64,000 bases of DNA from Chloroflexota bacterium (GTDB taxonomy: Bacteria; Chloroflexota; Dehalococcoidia; Lucifugimonadales; UBA3495), in contig JAQBVF010000015.1 of the NCBI GenBank assembly GCA_027623675.1, positions 17,606-81,605 of the forward strand. The letters run 5' to 3'. Under the pieces are notes generated by a model. It saw nothing but the letters and a program-made list of their open reading frames with translations, was not told where the DNA came from and made no database searches. This document shows, piece by piece, positions 29,243-39,337 of the stretch (position 1 is the stretch's first letter; each line of letters opens with the position of its first letter). Position numbers and translations under genes: made by a program.

Positions 29243-31630
29243 ATGGCACTTAATCTCTCGACGGAGCACTTGGCGCGGGCGAGCGCTCGCCACCCATGGC
29301 GGGTGATCGGCATCTGGCTGATCATCATCGTCGCCTCTATGGTGATGGTCAGCGGTTTCCTGCAAGACGGGTTGACTACCAAGTTCGTCTTTGTCAACGA
29401 CGCCGAGGTCAAAGTAGGGATCGACATCTTGGAAGCCGAGATTCGAGGACCCACCGGCACCAACGAAGTCGTCGTATTCGATTCGACCAAGTATACGGTC
29501 GACGACCCGGAATACCAGCACGCGGTCGAATCGCTGACCGCCGATATCGGGGCGTTGGGTCCAGACAAAGTCCGCCTGGAAACACTGGGTAATTTCTACA
29601 ACACCGGAGTGCCTGCCCTGGTGTCCGACGACCGGGCCACCACCCTGATCACCTTTGTGATGGCTGGTGACTTCGACCAGAACTCCAAGAACATCGAATC
29701 AGTGGTGGACGTCGTTCATGAAGCAGCGGCCGCCGAAAAAGATGCGTTCGACATCAAGATAACCGGCCAGGCCACCATCGGCCTGGACAACCGGGAGATA
29801 GGCCAGAGGGACCTGGAAAAGGGTGAATCATTCGGCGTGCCCATCGCTTTGATCATCTTGATGGTGGTGCTGGGCGCCCTGGCGATCGCGGCCGTGCCCT
29901 TGGTGATGGCAATAGTATCGATCGCCTTAGCCCTGGGAATCTCGGCCGCGGTGGGCACCTTCTTCGAGTTGGCATTCTTCGTGACCAACATCATCACGAT
30001 GATTGGGCTGGCCGTGGGTATCGACTACTCATTGTTCGTCCAGTCTCGCTACCGGGAGGAACGCAGCCTAGGCGCAGAAAGGATAGATGCCGTCGCCCGC
30101 GCCGGGGCCACCGCGGGCCGGGCCGTCGTCTTCAGCGGAATGACCGTGGTGCTGGCCTTGGTCGGCATGTTGCTCATCCCGTTCAACATCTTCATATCCA
30201 TAGGTTTAGGCGCCATCTTCGTGGTGTTGGCCGCCATGTTGGCCTCAATGACTCTGCTCCCTTCGATGCTGATGCTCTTCGACCGGCTATCGAGTTGGTA
30301 TCTCAGGCAGACCACGGGACAAGGCCTGTGGAGATCGATCGTACTGGCCGTCTCCATAGTATTCTTCGGCGGGCCGTACTTGCTGTCCTTGGTTTATCGT
30401 CTATTGGTCCGGAGGCAGCTGGGAAACCTGAACTTCTTCATCTGGATGTCAAAGATCGGCATCGGAAGCTTCGACACGGCGCCCACCTATTTCGAGAGCA
30501 AGGGCTTCTGGGATAAGTGGGTCCGCACCGTGATGGCCTGGCCGGTGGTTAGTCTGATCGTCACCAGCGGGCTGCTGATCGCGGCCATCGTGCCCTTCTT
30601 CAGTATCAACACCGGGTTCGCGGGCATATCCACGTTCCCGGATGAACTGGAATCCAAGCAGGCGTTCCTGACCATGGACGAAAAGTTCTCCTTCGGCGAG
30701 GTGACGCCGGCTGAGGTCGTGATTGTGGCCGACGACGTCCGGGCCCCCGCCGTCCAAGCGGGGATCGCGCGCCTCATCGAATTGTTGGCGGCGGACGACG
30801 CGTTCAGCGCACCTCGCGAACTGATTATCTCTGACAGCGGTACGGTTGCGTTGTTAGCGGTCCCGGTGGCGGGCGACACCTCCGGGGAACAGTCCATCGG
30901 GGCCGTCACCCGGCTGGACGACATCTACGTGGAAGAGGCGTTCGCCGGCACCGGCGCCAAGATCTACGTCACCGGGGAGACTGCTTTCAACAGAGAGTTC
31001 TTCAATGTATCGTCGAACTCGGCGAAGATCGTGTTCCCCTTCGTTTTGGGCGTCAGTTTCCTGCTGTTGCTGGTGGTGTTCCGGTCGATCGTGCTTCCGA
31101 TCAAAGCCATCATCCTCAACCTGATGGCGGTTGGCGCGGCCTACGGCATATTGGTTCTGGTGTTCCAGAAAGGGTTCTTGGCCGGCACCTTCGGATTTCA
31201 AGAATCGTCGACCATCGAATCATGGATACCGTTATTCCTGTTCAGCATCCTATTCGGGTTGTCCATGGACTACCACGTATTCCTGCTGTCCCGGATCCGG
31301 GAGCGGTACGACGAGACCCTCGATAACGTCGACGCCGTGGCGTTCGGCATCCGTTCCACCGGCCGGTTGATCACCGGTGCGGCCCTCATCATGGTTGCCG
31401 TATTCTGGGGCTTCGCCACCGGGTCTTTGGTGGGTATGCAGCAGATGGGCTTCGGCCTTGGGATGGCGATTCTGGTGGACGCCACCATCGTCCGGACCGT
31501 GATGGTGCCCGCCTCGATGAAGATTCTGGGCAAGTGGAATTGGTACCTACCCTCCTGGCTGGAGTGGGTGCCCAACGTGCGGTTTGAGCCGACAGCCCCG
31601 GCGCAGGTCGCGGCCCACGCGGACGACTAA
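29243..31630 (+). CDS. MMPL family RND transporter
   Basis: GLAVGIDYSLF, FGLSMDYHVFLLSRIRE, DATIVR, WNWYLP. Confidence 0.94.
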   Translation: MALNLSTEHLARASARHPWRVIGIWLIIIVASMVMVSGFLQDGLTTKFVFVNDAEVKVGIDILEAEIRGPTGTNEVVVFDSTKYTVDDPEYQHAVESLTADIGALGPDKVRLETLGNFYNTGVPALVSDDRATTLITFVMAGDFDQNSKNIESVVDVVHEAAAAEKDAFDIKITGQATIGLDNREIGQRDLEKGESFGVPIALIILMVVLGALAIAAVPLVMAIVSIALALGISAAVGTFFELAFFVTNIITMIGLAVGIDYSLFVQSRYREERSLGAERIDAVARAGATAGRAVVFSGMTVVLALVGMLLIPFNIFISIGLGAIFVVLAAMLASMTLLPSMLMLFDRLSSWYLRQTTGQGLWRSIVLAVSIVFFGGPYLLSLVYRLLVRRQLGNLNFFIWMSKIGIGSFDTAPTYFESKGFWDKWVRTVMAWPVVSLIVTSGLLIAAIVPFFSINTGFAGISTFPDELESKQAFLTMDEKFSFGEVTPAEVVIVADDVRAPAVQAGIARLIELLAADDAFSAPRELIISDSGTVALLAVPVAGDTSGEQSIGAVTRLDDIYVEEAFAGTGAKIYVTGETAFNREFFNVSSNSAKIVFPFVLGVSFLLLLVVFRSIVLPIKAIILNLMAVGAAYGILVLVFQKGFLAGTFGFQESSTIESWIPLFLFSILFGLSMDYHVFLLSRIRERYDETLDNVDAVAFGIRSTGRLITGAALIMVAVFWGFATGSLVGMQQMGFGLGMAILVDATIVRTVMVPASMKILGKWNWYLPSWLEWVPNVRFEPTAPAQVAAHADD

Positions 31631-31653
31631 GGTCAGCGGAATTTCTAGCAATC

Positions 31654-31683
31654 AAAGGGGCGGACCCCAGTCCGCCCCTTTTT
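31654..31683 (+). terminator. Intrinsic terminator
   Basis: aaaggggcggac-ccca-gtccgccccttttt. Confidence 0.85.
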
Positions 31684-31822
31684 GCATCTTCCGGTTATGG
31701 CCCAATCTACATGCCGCAACCTGCATGGCGCAACCTGGCGGCAAACGGTACAATACGCCTCGATCGATAAGCCCTTCGCGGCGAACGCCGGCTGTGGCGA
31801 ACCGCGGATATGTGGAGGCCAG

Positions 31823-33157
31823 ATGGCAACGATACTTGAGGATTACATCGCCAAGCACCCCGGCTCGGCCCAACGGTACGTGGAGGCTTCCAAGTTGTTC
31901 CCCGGCGGCGTGACCCATGACACCCGTTACGCCCAACCGTTCCCCCTCTACATGACCCATGGGGAAGGTCCGCGCAAATGGGACGTCGACGGAAACGAAT
32001 ACGTGGACTACGTCTCCGGACACGGCGCGCTGTTGCTGGGCCATTCCAACCCGGCCATCGCCGCCGCCGTCGCCAGGCAGATCTCGCGGGGCACCCACCT
32101 GGGCGCATCCACCGACGAGGAGATCCGCTGGGCCAACGCCATCCGTGCCTTGATACCGTCCATCGAGAAGCTCCGCTTCCACAGTTCCGGCACGGAAGCC
32201 ACCCTGATGGCGATGCGCCTAGCCCGAGCCTACACCGGCAAGGACAAGATCATCAAGCTGCAGGACCACTTCCACGGCTGGCACGATTACGCCATGGCCG
32301 GTTCCGATCAATCGACCCCCGGCATACCAGAAGCCAACACGGGCACCATGGTGGTCGTTCCATCCGGGGACCTGGGGGCGGTGGAAGACGTCATCAAACG
32401 AGACCCCAACATCGCCGCCATCATCCTGGAACCCACCGGAGCCCATTTCGGCCAGTTGCCCTTCGATACCGCCAACTACCTGAAGGGACTCCGTGATCTG
32501 ACCGCCCAGAATGGGGTCATACTCATCTTCGACGAAGTTGTTACCGGGTTCCGGGTGTCTCCCGGCGGCAGTCAGGTCCGCTTCGGGGTCAGCCCCGACC
32601 TCACGACCATGGCCAAGATCGTTGCCGGCGGACTCCCCGGCGGCGCCGTGGGCGGCAAGGCCGACATCATAGACATGATCGCCCATCGTAACGACCCCGA
32701 CTGGGACAACCACCACCGGGTATACCATCCGGGTACGTTCAACGGGAACCCACTCTCCGCGGTCGCTGGCGCCACCGCTCTTGAGATGATTGCCAGCGAG
32801 CCCATCAACGCCAATGCCGACGCCATGGCGGCAAGGCTAAAGTCGGGCCTGAACGACGTGCTTGGCCGGCTGGAGATTCCTGGTCACGCCCACGGCATCG
32901 CTTCCATCATCCACGTGGTGCTGGCCGACTGCGATTGCGACCGCGAGACCTGCACCATGAGCCACGCCAAGATCGCCGCGACCAACGGGTCCGCCGCGAC
33001 GACAGCCATGAAGCGGGGCCTGCAGAACCGGGGAGTGGACATAATGAGCCGCGAATGCTTCCTGGTGTCCAGCACTCACACCGAGAAAGAGATCGATCAC
33101 ACCATCAGCGCCTTCCAAGAAGCTATGACCGCCGTCCGCGCCGACGGCCTCATCTAG
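31823..33157 (+). CDS. Class III PLP aminotransferase (glutamate-1-semialdehyde aminomutase-like)
   Basis: DVDGNEYVDY, SGTEAT, FDEVVTGFR, TMAKIVAGGLPGG, GTFNGNP; ATG 31823 after GGAGG. Confidence 0.9.
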   Translation: MATILEDYIAKHPGSAQRYVEASKLFPGGVTHDTRYAQPFPLYMTHGEGPRKWDVDGNEYVDYVSGHGALLLGHSNPAIAAAVARQISRGTHLGASTDEEIRWANAIRALIPSIEKLRFHSSGTEATLMAMRLARAYTGKDKIIKLQDHFHGWHDYAMAGSDQSTPGIPEANTGTMVVVPSGDLGAVEDVIKRDPNIAAIILEPTGAHFGQLPFDTANYLKGLRDLTAQNGVILIFDEVVTGFRVSPGGSQVRFGVSPDLTTMAKIVAGGLPGGAVGGKADIIDMIAHRNDPDWDNHHRVYHPGTFNGNPLSAVAGATALEMIASEPINANADAMAARLKSGLNDVLGRLEIPGHAHGIASIIHVVLADCDCDRETCTMSHAKIAATNGSAATTAMKRGLQNRGVDIMSRECFLVSSTHTEKEIDHTISAFQEAMTAVRADGLI

Positions 33158-33265
33158 GCAAGACAGATAAGCGATACGGCACATAAAGCCATGGCCCGAT
33201 AGCCTCGAGCCGTACCGTTATCGACCTTTAGGTTACGACCTCACTCGGAATTACTCGGTGGCCCG

Positions 33266-34975
33266 CTAGATACCGTCTTGACCGGGCGCGGTTTGGGTTT
33301 CTTTCTCCCTCAAGAACAGATACCCCACGACTACTACCCCGATGACAGCGAGCGCGATCAACGCGATCACGGCCATCGATATAGGCCCATCTGCTGTACC
33401 GGAATCAGCTGCCTGCTCCGCCGGGGTCCCTGAGTCGCCGGCCGAGCTTGAGCCAGATACCGGTGGCGCGGCTTCCGGTCCATTCTGGTCCAGTGAGGAA
33501 TCAGAAGGTGCGGCTGTCCCCTGTTGTTGGAAGGTCAGTCCGAAAACACTGAATCTGTCCGTCCGCGCCGATGCAGGCAGGTTAGACGTGTCAACCGTGG
33601 TATCCAGCGGCAGCCAGCGGCCCAGTACCGGCTCATAGCGTTGGATCGAGATGCCATTCGGTCCGGATATTTCTAGATCTGCACTGCTGAATCCCATCCT
33701 GAGGACCGCTTGTTCCAATAGGTATACATCGGTAAGAAGGGTGCCCTGGGCATCTAGAAGATTCACCTCGACGACGTTTCCAAGGTCACGGCTCGGCGGC
33801 GCCGTGGAACCCATGCCGCCGCCGGATTCACGCATGGCGACGAATCCCACCTCTTTGACCGCTCCGGGTGGAATAGTTAGGGTAACGTTATTTTTCGGCA
33901 GGGAGATCACCGTGCCGCCCGTCGGGGTAACGTCTGACACCACCGCGCCATCCAACGCCGACCGTCCGTCCATGGCAAGCGAAATGGCATTGGGGGTTAG
34001 AGCTGGGGCCGAAGAGCCGCCGGGCGACTCTGCAACCACCCGCACTGATCCGCTCGAGGCTGTGGCCGGCCAGCTTGTTGCGTCCATGGCGTTGACCAGG
34101 TCTTTGATCGTGACGTCCAATGGACTGGCCCCTTTGGTCATTCCGGTGACCTGAATGTTCAGGACAACAGTGCGCCCAACTGGTCCCGGCCTTTCACCGT
34201 GGAATCCCACGATGTTTACGAAGCCCTGCTCTTGGGTCACGCTGAATATGGGCGACCCGCTGAAGGGAGCTTCTCCCGGCAATATGCCGTCGATCCTGAT
34301 GACAGCCGGGTTGTAGCCGACCGATATGTTATATCCCGCCAATCCTCCCTTGGGAGTAAATACAACGGTCACCGGGACCGTTGTCGATTGGCCCAGGGCT
34401 ACCGATGAGGTGCCAATCATCACCGCGGCGTTGGACACCTCGGCGCGGCCGTGCTGCGCGGACCCGACCGCGATGGCCTGGTCCAGACTGCCCTTGAGTT
34501 CCACGCCGGAGAACCTCAGGGCGGTTGACGCATCCAACTCCCCAACCGCCGAGACGCTGATCCTTGCCAGGAGTGCGTCCTCGGCGGCCCCGCCCCGCGT
34601 CCGGTTCGGGCTGATGGTGACACGGCCCGAACCGTTGTCAATGGATGAGGTCGGTATCTGGTCGAAGGGGGCATTTCCTCCGCTCACGCCGTCAACCGTG
34701 ATCACTGCCGGGTCATAGTCCAAGGTCACGGAATACCCGGTTAACCGGTCGGTATCGTCCAGCCCGAATACCCACAGATCCAAGACGTCCTGGTCGCCTG
34801 GACCCATCAGCAACGGCGCCGGCAGCACGGCCAGCGTGGTGTGACCGGCCAGCGCTGGCCGCGCCGGGATCGACAGCGTAATCACCCCCGCAGCCGATAC
34901 CCCGACCGCTAGCAGGAACAACCGATTGACCGGCAACGACCTAAATACGTTTTTTACGATTTTGATTATGGACAT
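33266..34975 (-). CDS. Secreted protein with two cohesin-like domains and a C-terminal TM anchor (scaffoldin-like)
   Basis: Signal peptide; repeats LTGYSVTLDYDPAVITVDGVSGGNAPF and LAGYNISVGYNPAVIRIDGILPGEAPF; beta-rich third domain; S/A/P linker; TM followed by LREKE. Confidence 0.8.
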   Translation of the reverse strand: MSIIKIVKNVFRSLPVNRLFLLAVGVSAAGVITLSIPARPALAGHTTLAVLPAPLLMGPGDQDVLDLWVFGLDDTDRLTGYSVTLDYDPAVITVDGVSGGNAPFDQIPTSSIDNGSGRVTISPNRTRGGAAEDALLARISVSAVGELDASTALRFSGVELKGSLDQAIAVGSAQHGRAEVSNAAVMIGTSSVALGQSTTVPVTVVFTPKGGLAGYNISVGYNPAVIRIDGILPGEAPFSGSPIFSVTQEQGFVNIVGFHGERPGPVGRTVVLNIQVTGMTKGASPLDVTIKDLVNAMDATSWPATASSGSVRVVAESPGGSSAPALTPNAISLAMDGRSALDGAVVSDVTPTGGTVISLPKNNVTLTIPPGAVKEVGFVAMRESGGGMGSTAPPSRDLGNVVEVNLLDAQGTLLTDVYLLEQAVLRMGFSSADLEISGPNGISIQRYEPVLGRWLPLDTTVDTSNLPASARTDRFSVFGLTFQQQGTAAPSDSSLDQNGPEAAPPVSGSSSAGDSGTPAEQAADSGTADGPISMAVIALIALAVIGVVVVGYLFLREKETQTAPGQDGI

Positions 34976-34983
34976 CCTTCCCT

Positions 34984-36735
34984 CTACGGGATCGGCTCGT
35001 AGAACTCATCCACGTTGCCGACCAAGAACTGGGCGATGAGTATGGCGTCGGCTAAACTGATCACATCATTTGGCCCATCGTGGTTCACGCTCCCCGCATT
35101 TACCGGATGGACCTGGCCAGGGCCCTCGCCCACCGGCCTGGAGGCAGGCGACACCAGGTACTGGCCAATGAACAGCGCATCGCTGATGCCGACACTTCCG
35201 TTGGCCGATGCGTCACCCCGTAGGAAAGTCCTGGAATCGGGCGGCGGTTCCTGTTCGATCGGATTCCCAGCGCCGTCCAATATCTCTACGAAAGTCAGGC
35301 TTACGGTCGTCAGACCCGACACCGGATCATTGGACCCCAACAACCGGAGAGCAACGAAGGCCAGTGGGTCGATCGGGGCCACGACGCCGGTTCCCGTTGT
35401 GACAGCGGTCGCCTGCATGTGGACCGACCCTGCCAGGATCGAGCAGTCGGTGACACCGGAAGTAAATGGCGACTTCAACCGGCAGTCCGTGCCGACCGCC
35501 TGGGCTGCAGGGAATGTGATATTAGCTTCGTAGCTTGCTATTTCCCGGGTTGGCAACGGTGTTCCGGTGGCGGTGTTTTTGATCAGGTCGATGGTGGACT
35601 TGACGCCAGTGGGCAAGGCCGGGTCATCCACATCTTGGACCGCCACCAGGCCGGTTTCAGCCGTGGCAGTGATCGAAACCAGACAGATCTGTCCATCTTG
35701 GTGCGTGTTCGTCAGGGCCGCGCCTGCGTTGTCCACGATCTCCACCACCGTCAGGTCAACAACGCTGCATTGCCCTGCAGTTCCCACAGCCTCGAACACT
35801 ACGTTCGCGACGGTGATTGCCGCCGGCACGGACTGTGAGCCACATTGGAAATGGTTCCAGGCTACAACACCGGCCCCGGAAGTGGGACTGGTGATATTTG
35901 AGGCGGTGATGCCGTTGAATGGCGAGTCACCGCCCAATACCGCAGTGGCGGTGATAACGGTGGAATCGTAGGCAATCTCGAATTGGTAGGCGCCCAAGTC
36001 CCCGGATGGCGCGTTGAGCACGTCCACCGGAATCGTTGTCGACGTGCCGGAAACACCCAGCGTGACGTCAGTAGAGAGCGGCACCGTTACTGACAGTACC
36101 GGCGGAGGTGGTGGCGGAGCCAAGACGGTTACGGTCGCCGTGAACGAACCACTGTTGTCGCCCACTCCGCCGGTGTCCAATCCGCTTCGGTCGCATTTAA
36201 CGAACCCATCGTTGAATCCCAGGAATAGGGTTCCGGCAGCGTCCGTTGTATTGGCTATCGGAACTGTACCGTCAAAACTGGACCCGATGAAGAAGCCTTT
36301 CCCGTCTAAGCTGGACGCCGCTGCTATGTTTCCAACCAGCGACTGTCCTTGGACACTGGGATCGGTGACCAGGTTGGAGCAGCTCCCACCCGGGTCGACG
36401 CCGTCCGGTCCGGCAGTTCGACCGGCCGAGTCGAAGATTATGACTCCGGTCCCGGTCACCGATATGGTGTAGCCGGAGCCGACCGTAAGCCCGGTATTGG
36501 TCCATGCCTGTGTGGAAGGCACGTTGATCGTGACAGTCGTCGCCAGAGGCCCTGAGAGACCGGCGGCGGATTCCTTGGGCCAGTACCGGCCGGTTATATC
36601 TTCCACGCTCCCTGTTCCAAAATTGGCCAGCACGTTGTTGAACAGTATCAAGAACAAGGTGATACTGGACGCCAAACAAAATGCTGCGATGAACACCATC
36701 GGGTCGAGACCTAATGCCACTCTCGTGCGATTCAT
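34984..36735 (-). CDS. Secreted protein: lectin-like (PA-IL-like) domain + cohesin(s) + C-terminal dockerin-like domain
   Basis: VPSTQAWTNTGLTV..ISVTGTG; poly-Pro linker; LGAYQFEIAYDSTVI cohesin; duplicated RGDASANGSVGISDALFIGQYLV / GSVNHDG..ISLADAILIAQFLVG. Confidence 0.8.
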   Translation of the reverse strand: MNRTRVALGLDPMVFIAAFCLASSITLFLILFNNVLANFGTGSVEDITGRYWPKESAAGLSGPLATTVTINVPSTQAWTNTGLTVGSGYTISVTGTGVIIFDSAGRTAGPDGVDPGGSCSNLVTDPSVQGQSLVGNIAAASSLDGKGFFIGSSFDGTVPIANTTDAAGTLFLGFNDGFVKCDRSGLDTGGVGDNSGSFTATVTVLAPPPPPPVLSVTVPLSTDVTLGVSGTSTTIPVDVLNAPSGDLGAYQFEIAYDSTVITATAVLGGDSPFNGITASNITSPTSGAGVVAWNHFQCGSQSVPAAITVANVVFEAVGTAGQCSVVDLTVVEIVDNAGAALTNTHQDGQICLVSITATAETGLVAVQDVDDPALPTGVKSTIDLIKNTATGTPLPTREIASYEANITFPAAQAVGTDCRLKSPFTSGVTDCSILAGSVHMQATAVTTGTGVVAPIDPLAFVALRLLGSNDPVSGLTTVSLTFVEILDGAGNPIEQEPPPDSRTFLRGDASANGSVGISDALFIGQYLVSPASRPVGEGPGQVHPVNAGSVNHDGPNDVISLADAILIAQFLVGNVDEFYEPIP

Positions 36736-37158
36736 ACGCGCCTCCCTCGATGAATAACGGGCTGGATATTGAGACAGACCATCTATTACCAGAGCCTGGC
36801 CCGTTAGAATCGGCTAGGAAATCCGGTAACAGACCCTTCGACGCAGGCCCGGGAGTTCGCCATCAGACCTGTGTTTCCGGCATACAAGGCATCACTGATT
36901 AGGTCATAACCATATCAGTGATATTAGAGATTATGCATCCTAAAATACCGGGCGCCTAAATGTCAAATCCGGCGGGTAACGGGTTTTCTCTCCGGAAGCA
37001 CCTGTCCATTTACGTAGATAATGAATGCGCGACAGCCCCTTTGCGGTTTGGGTTGGAGCCCCTGATGCCCGCCGCTCCGGATTCTGGTAGAATTCGCCAA
37101 TCCGAATCCCGAATGACCCACAGACAAAACCCCGGACAAGATAATGAGGTGATCCACC

Positions 37159-37869
37159 GTGCCTAGTTTTACTGACAAGTTGACTGTCGGCGGCAGCCAG
37201 ATGGACATGTATGCGGCGTTGCCGGAGGGCTCCGGACCTCATCCCGCCGTGGTGATCGCCTTTCATGTCGGCGGGCTGGATGACTTTGACCGTAAGATGG
37301 CCGACCACTTGGCCGAGGCCGGGTATGTGGCCGTGGTGCCGGACCTGTTCCACCGGTTTCCAAAGGAAGTTATGGATGGCCCCCGTTTGGACCGCCTGGG
37401 CCACCTGAAAGATGCGGACATCATCGCCGACATGAACGCCGCCGTTGATTTCCTCACGGCCAACCCGTCCATCGACAGTGGCCGGTTGGGCGTGACCGGA
37501 TTCTGCATGGGCGGGCGGATCGCCTGGTTGATGGCCGCCACCAACCCCGTCTTCAAGTGCACCGTGCCCTTCTACGGCGGCAACATCATGGGCAATTGGG
37601 GGCCAGGAGACACTCCGTTCTCCATGGCCAGCAACATCAACTGCCCCATGCTGTTCCATTTCGGGTCGTTGGACGGCAACCCATCGGTTGACGACCGGGA
37701 CAAGTTTGACGCCGAGCTAACGCGCCTGGGCAAGGACCACGTGTTCCATACCTACGAGGGCGCGAACCACGCCTTCATGGACTTCACGAACCCCGACCGG
37801 TTCCACGAAGAATCGGGCAAAGTGGCCTGGACCCGGACGATCGAGTTCTTTGACCAGCACCTGAAGTAG
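37159..37869 (+). CDS. Dienelactone hydrolase family protein
   Basis: GYVAVVPDLF, GFCMGG nucleophile, YEGANHAF. Confidence 0.93.
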   Translation: MPSFTDKLTVGGSQMDMYAALPEGSGPHPAVVIAFHVGGLDDFDRKMADHLAEAGYVAVVPDLFHRFPKEVMDGPRLDRLGHLKDADIIADMNAAVDFLTANPSIDSGRLGVTGFCMGGRIAWLMAATNPVFKCTVPFYGGNIMGNWGPGDTPFSMASNINCPMLFHFGSLDGNPSVDDRDKFDAELTRLGKDHVFHTYEGANHAFMDFTNPDRFHEESGKVAWTRTIEFFDQHLK

Positions 37870-37946
37870 GCTGTCGGGAAGTAGCTGCCGTGAAGTAGGT
37901 GGGGCGAAATTTGGGGATGATTCGTATCTGAGTTGGGAGGGGCTGT

Positions 37947-38699
37947 ATGCCGTCGTTCTGGGAAAAGTTGCAGGTTAACGGGTCTGAGATGGATGTCTAC
38001 GCCAGCGTGCCCGAAGGCACCGGTCCCTTTCCGGCCGTGGTGGTCGCCCAGCACGCATCGGGCGTGGACAAGTTCATTCAAGACATGGCCGATAAACTCG
38101 CCGGCGCTGGCTACGCGGCAGTGGCCCCGGACCTGTTCCACCGGATCACCGACGAAATGGTTGAGAGCACCGGCAAGACCAAGCGGGACCAACTGGACGA
38201 CCCGCTGATCATTGACGACATCAACGCCACCGTGGATTTTCTCAACGGTCATTCTTCCATCGACTCGGACCGTATCGGCATCACCGGGTTCTGCATGGGT
38301 GGGCGGGTTACCTGGCTGGCCGCCGCGACTAATCCGGTCTTCAAAGCCGCCGTGCCCTACTACGGCGGGAACATAATGGTCCCGTGGGGGAGCGCCACCC
38401 AGGCGCCGTTCGCGGCGACATGCAACATCAGATGCCCGGTGTTGTTCCACTTCGGGGAGGTTGACGAAAACCCTTCCCAAGATGACATGGTCGTGTTGGA
38501 CGCCGAGTTGAACAAGTTCGCCGTTCCCCATCAGTTCTACACCTACCCCGGCGCCAATCATGCCTTCATGAACCCGGCCAACCCGCCCCGCTACCAGAGA
38601 GCGGCGGCAGAGATGTCGTGGCCGCGGACCTTGGACTTCTTTGGCCGGCACCTGAGCGGCGCCCGGCCTTCGGGCTACGACGGACCGCCCTGCGAATAA
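37947..38699 (+). CDS. Dienelactone hydrolase family protein (tandem paralog)
   Basis: GYAAVAPDLF, GFCMGG, YPGANHAF. Confidence 0.93.
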   Translation: MPSFWEKLQVNGSEMDVYASVPEGTGPFPAVVVAQHASGVDKFIQDMADKLAGAGYAAVAPDLFHRITDEMVESTGKTKRDQLDDPLIIDDINATVDFLNGHSSIDSDRIGITGFCMGGRVTWLAAATNPVFKAAVPYYGGNIMVPWGSATQAPFAATCNIRCPVLFHFGEVDENPSQDDMVVLDAELNKFAVPHQFYTYPGANHAFMNPANPPRYQRAAAEMSWPRTLDFFGRHLSGARPSGYDGPPCE

Positions 38700-38724
38700 A
38701 CGACACACCGATCTAGGAGTAAAC

Positions 38725-39249
38725 ATGCCCCGAGTATCATTGGACCTAGAACTGCCCGGCGACCGGGCGGTGGTTGATTCAGACGGCTGGAGGATCGCCC
38801 CCGGCCTGGTTCCCGGCGAGCCCAACCAGGGCTTGGTGGCCGAGATGCGAGAGAGCCCAGCCCGCCTTCCGGACTACGACGACTCCTGGTGGCCGCAGAA
38901 CGCCGACATCCAAGAGCGGCATTCGGTTGGCTTCACCTTTGCTTGGTACCGGATCAAGATCACCATCCCCGCCCAGGTGAAGGGCGAGAACGTGGCCGGC
39001 GGCCGGGTCTGGTTCGAGACCAACGTGGACAACTACGGCGAGGTCTACGTTGATGGGAACATCGACCGCGACAAGTGGGTGGTAACCGGCAACAACACCC
39101 CCAAACGCATCCTCATCGAAGACCCGGCGGTCCCGGGGACCGAGCATGTCATCGCCGTTCTGGTGGCCAACGCGCCGCTGGGCGTGCCGGTGGGCGCGAT
39201 CTTCATGCGCTACGCCACCTTGGCATTCGAGCCTGCGCCGGGAGCTTAA
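38725..39249 (+). CDS. Hypothetical protein with galactose-binding-like (GH2 sugar-binding type) fold
   Basis: PDYDDSWW...FAWYRIKITIP...VDNYGEVYVDG...HVIAVLVAN; AGGAG RBS. Confidence 0.65.
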   Translation: MPRVSLDLELPGDRAVVDSDGWRIAPGLVPGEPNQGLVAEMRESPARLPDYDDSWWPQNADIQERHSVGFTFAWYRIKITIPAQVKGENVAGGRVWFETNVDNYGEVYVDGNIDRDKWVVTGNNTPKRILIEDPAVPGTEHVIAVLVANAPLGVPVGAIFMRYATLAFEPAPGA

Positions 39250-39337
39250 GAGCGCCGTCTGCACACCATCAATCTGGACATACCGGCCGGCAGCCCCGCG
39301 AAGGGGCCGCCGGCCGATCTGACATATGGGGGACGCC

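Noticed and set aside
31823..33157. Assigning the symbol hemL
   Set aside because: The fold is GSA-aminomutase-like, but the canonical PGGVNSPVRA motif is replaced by PGGVTHDTRY; likely a paralog with another substrate.
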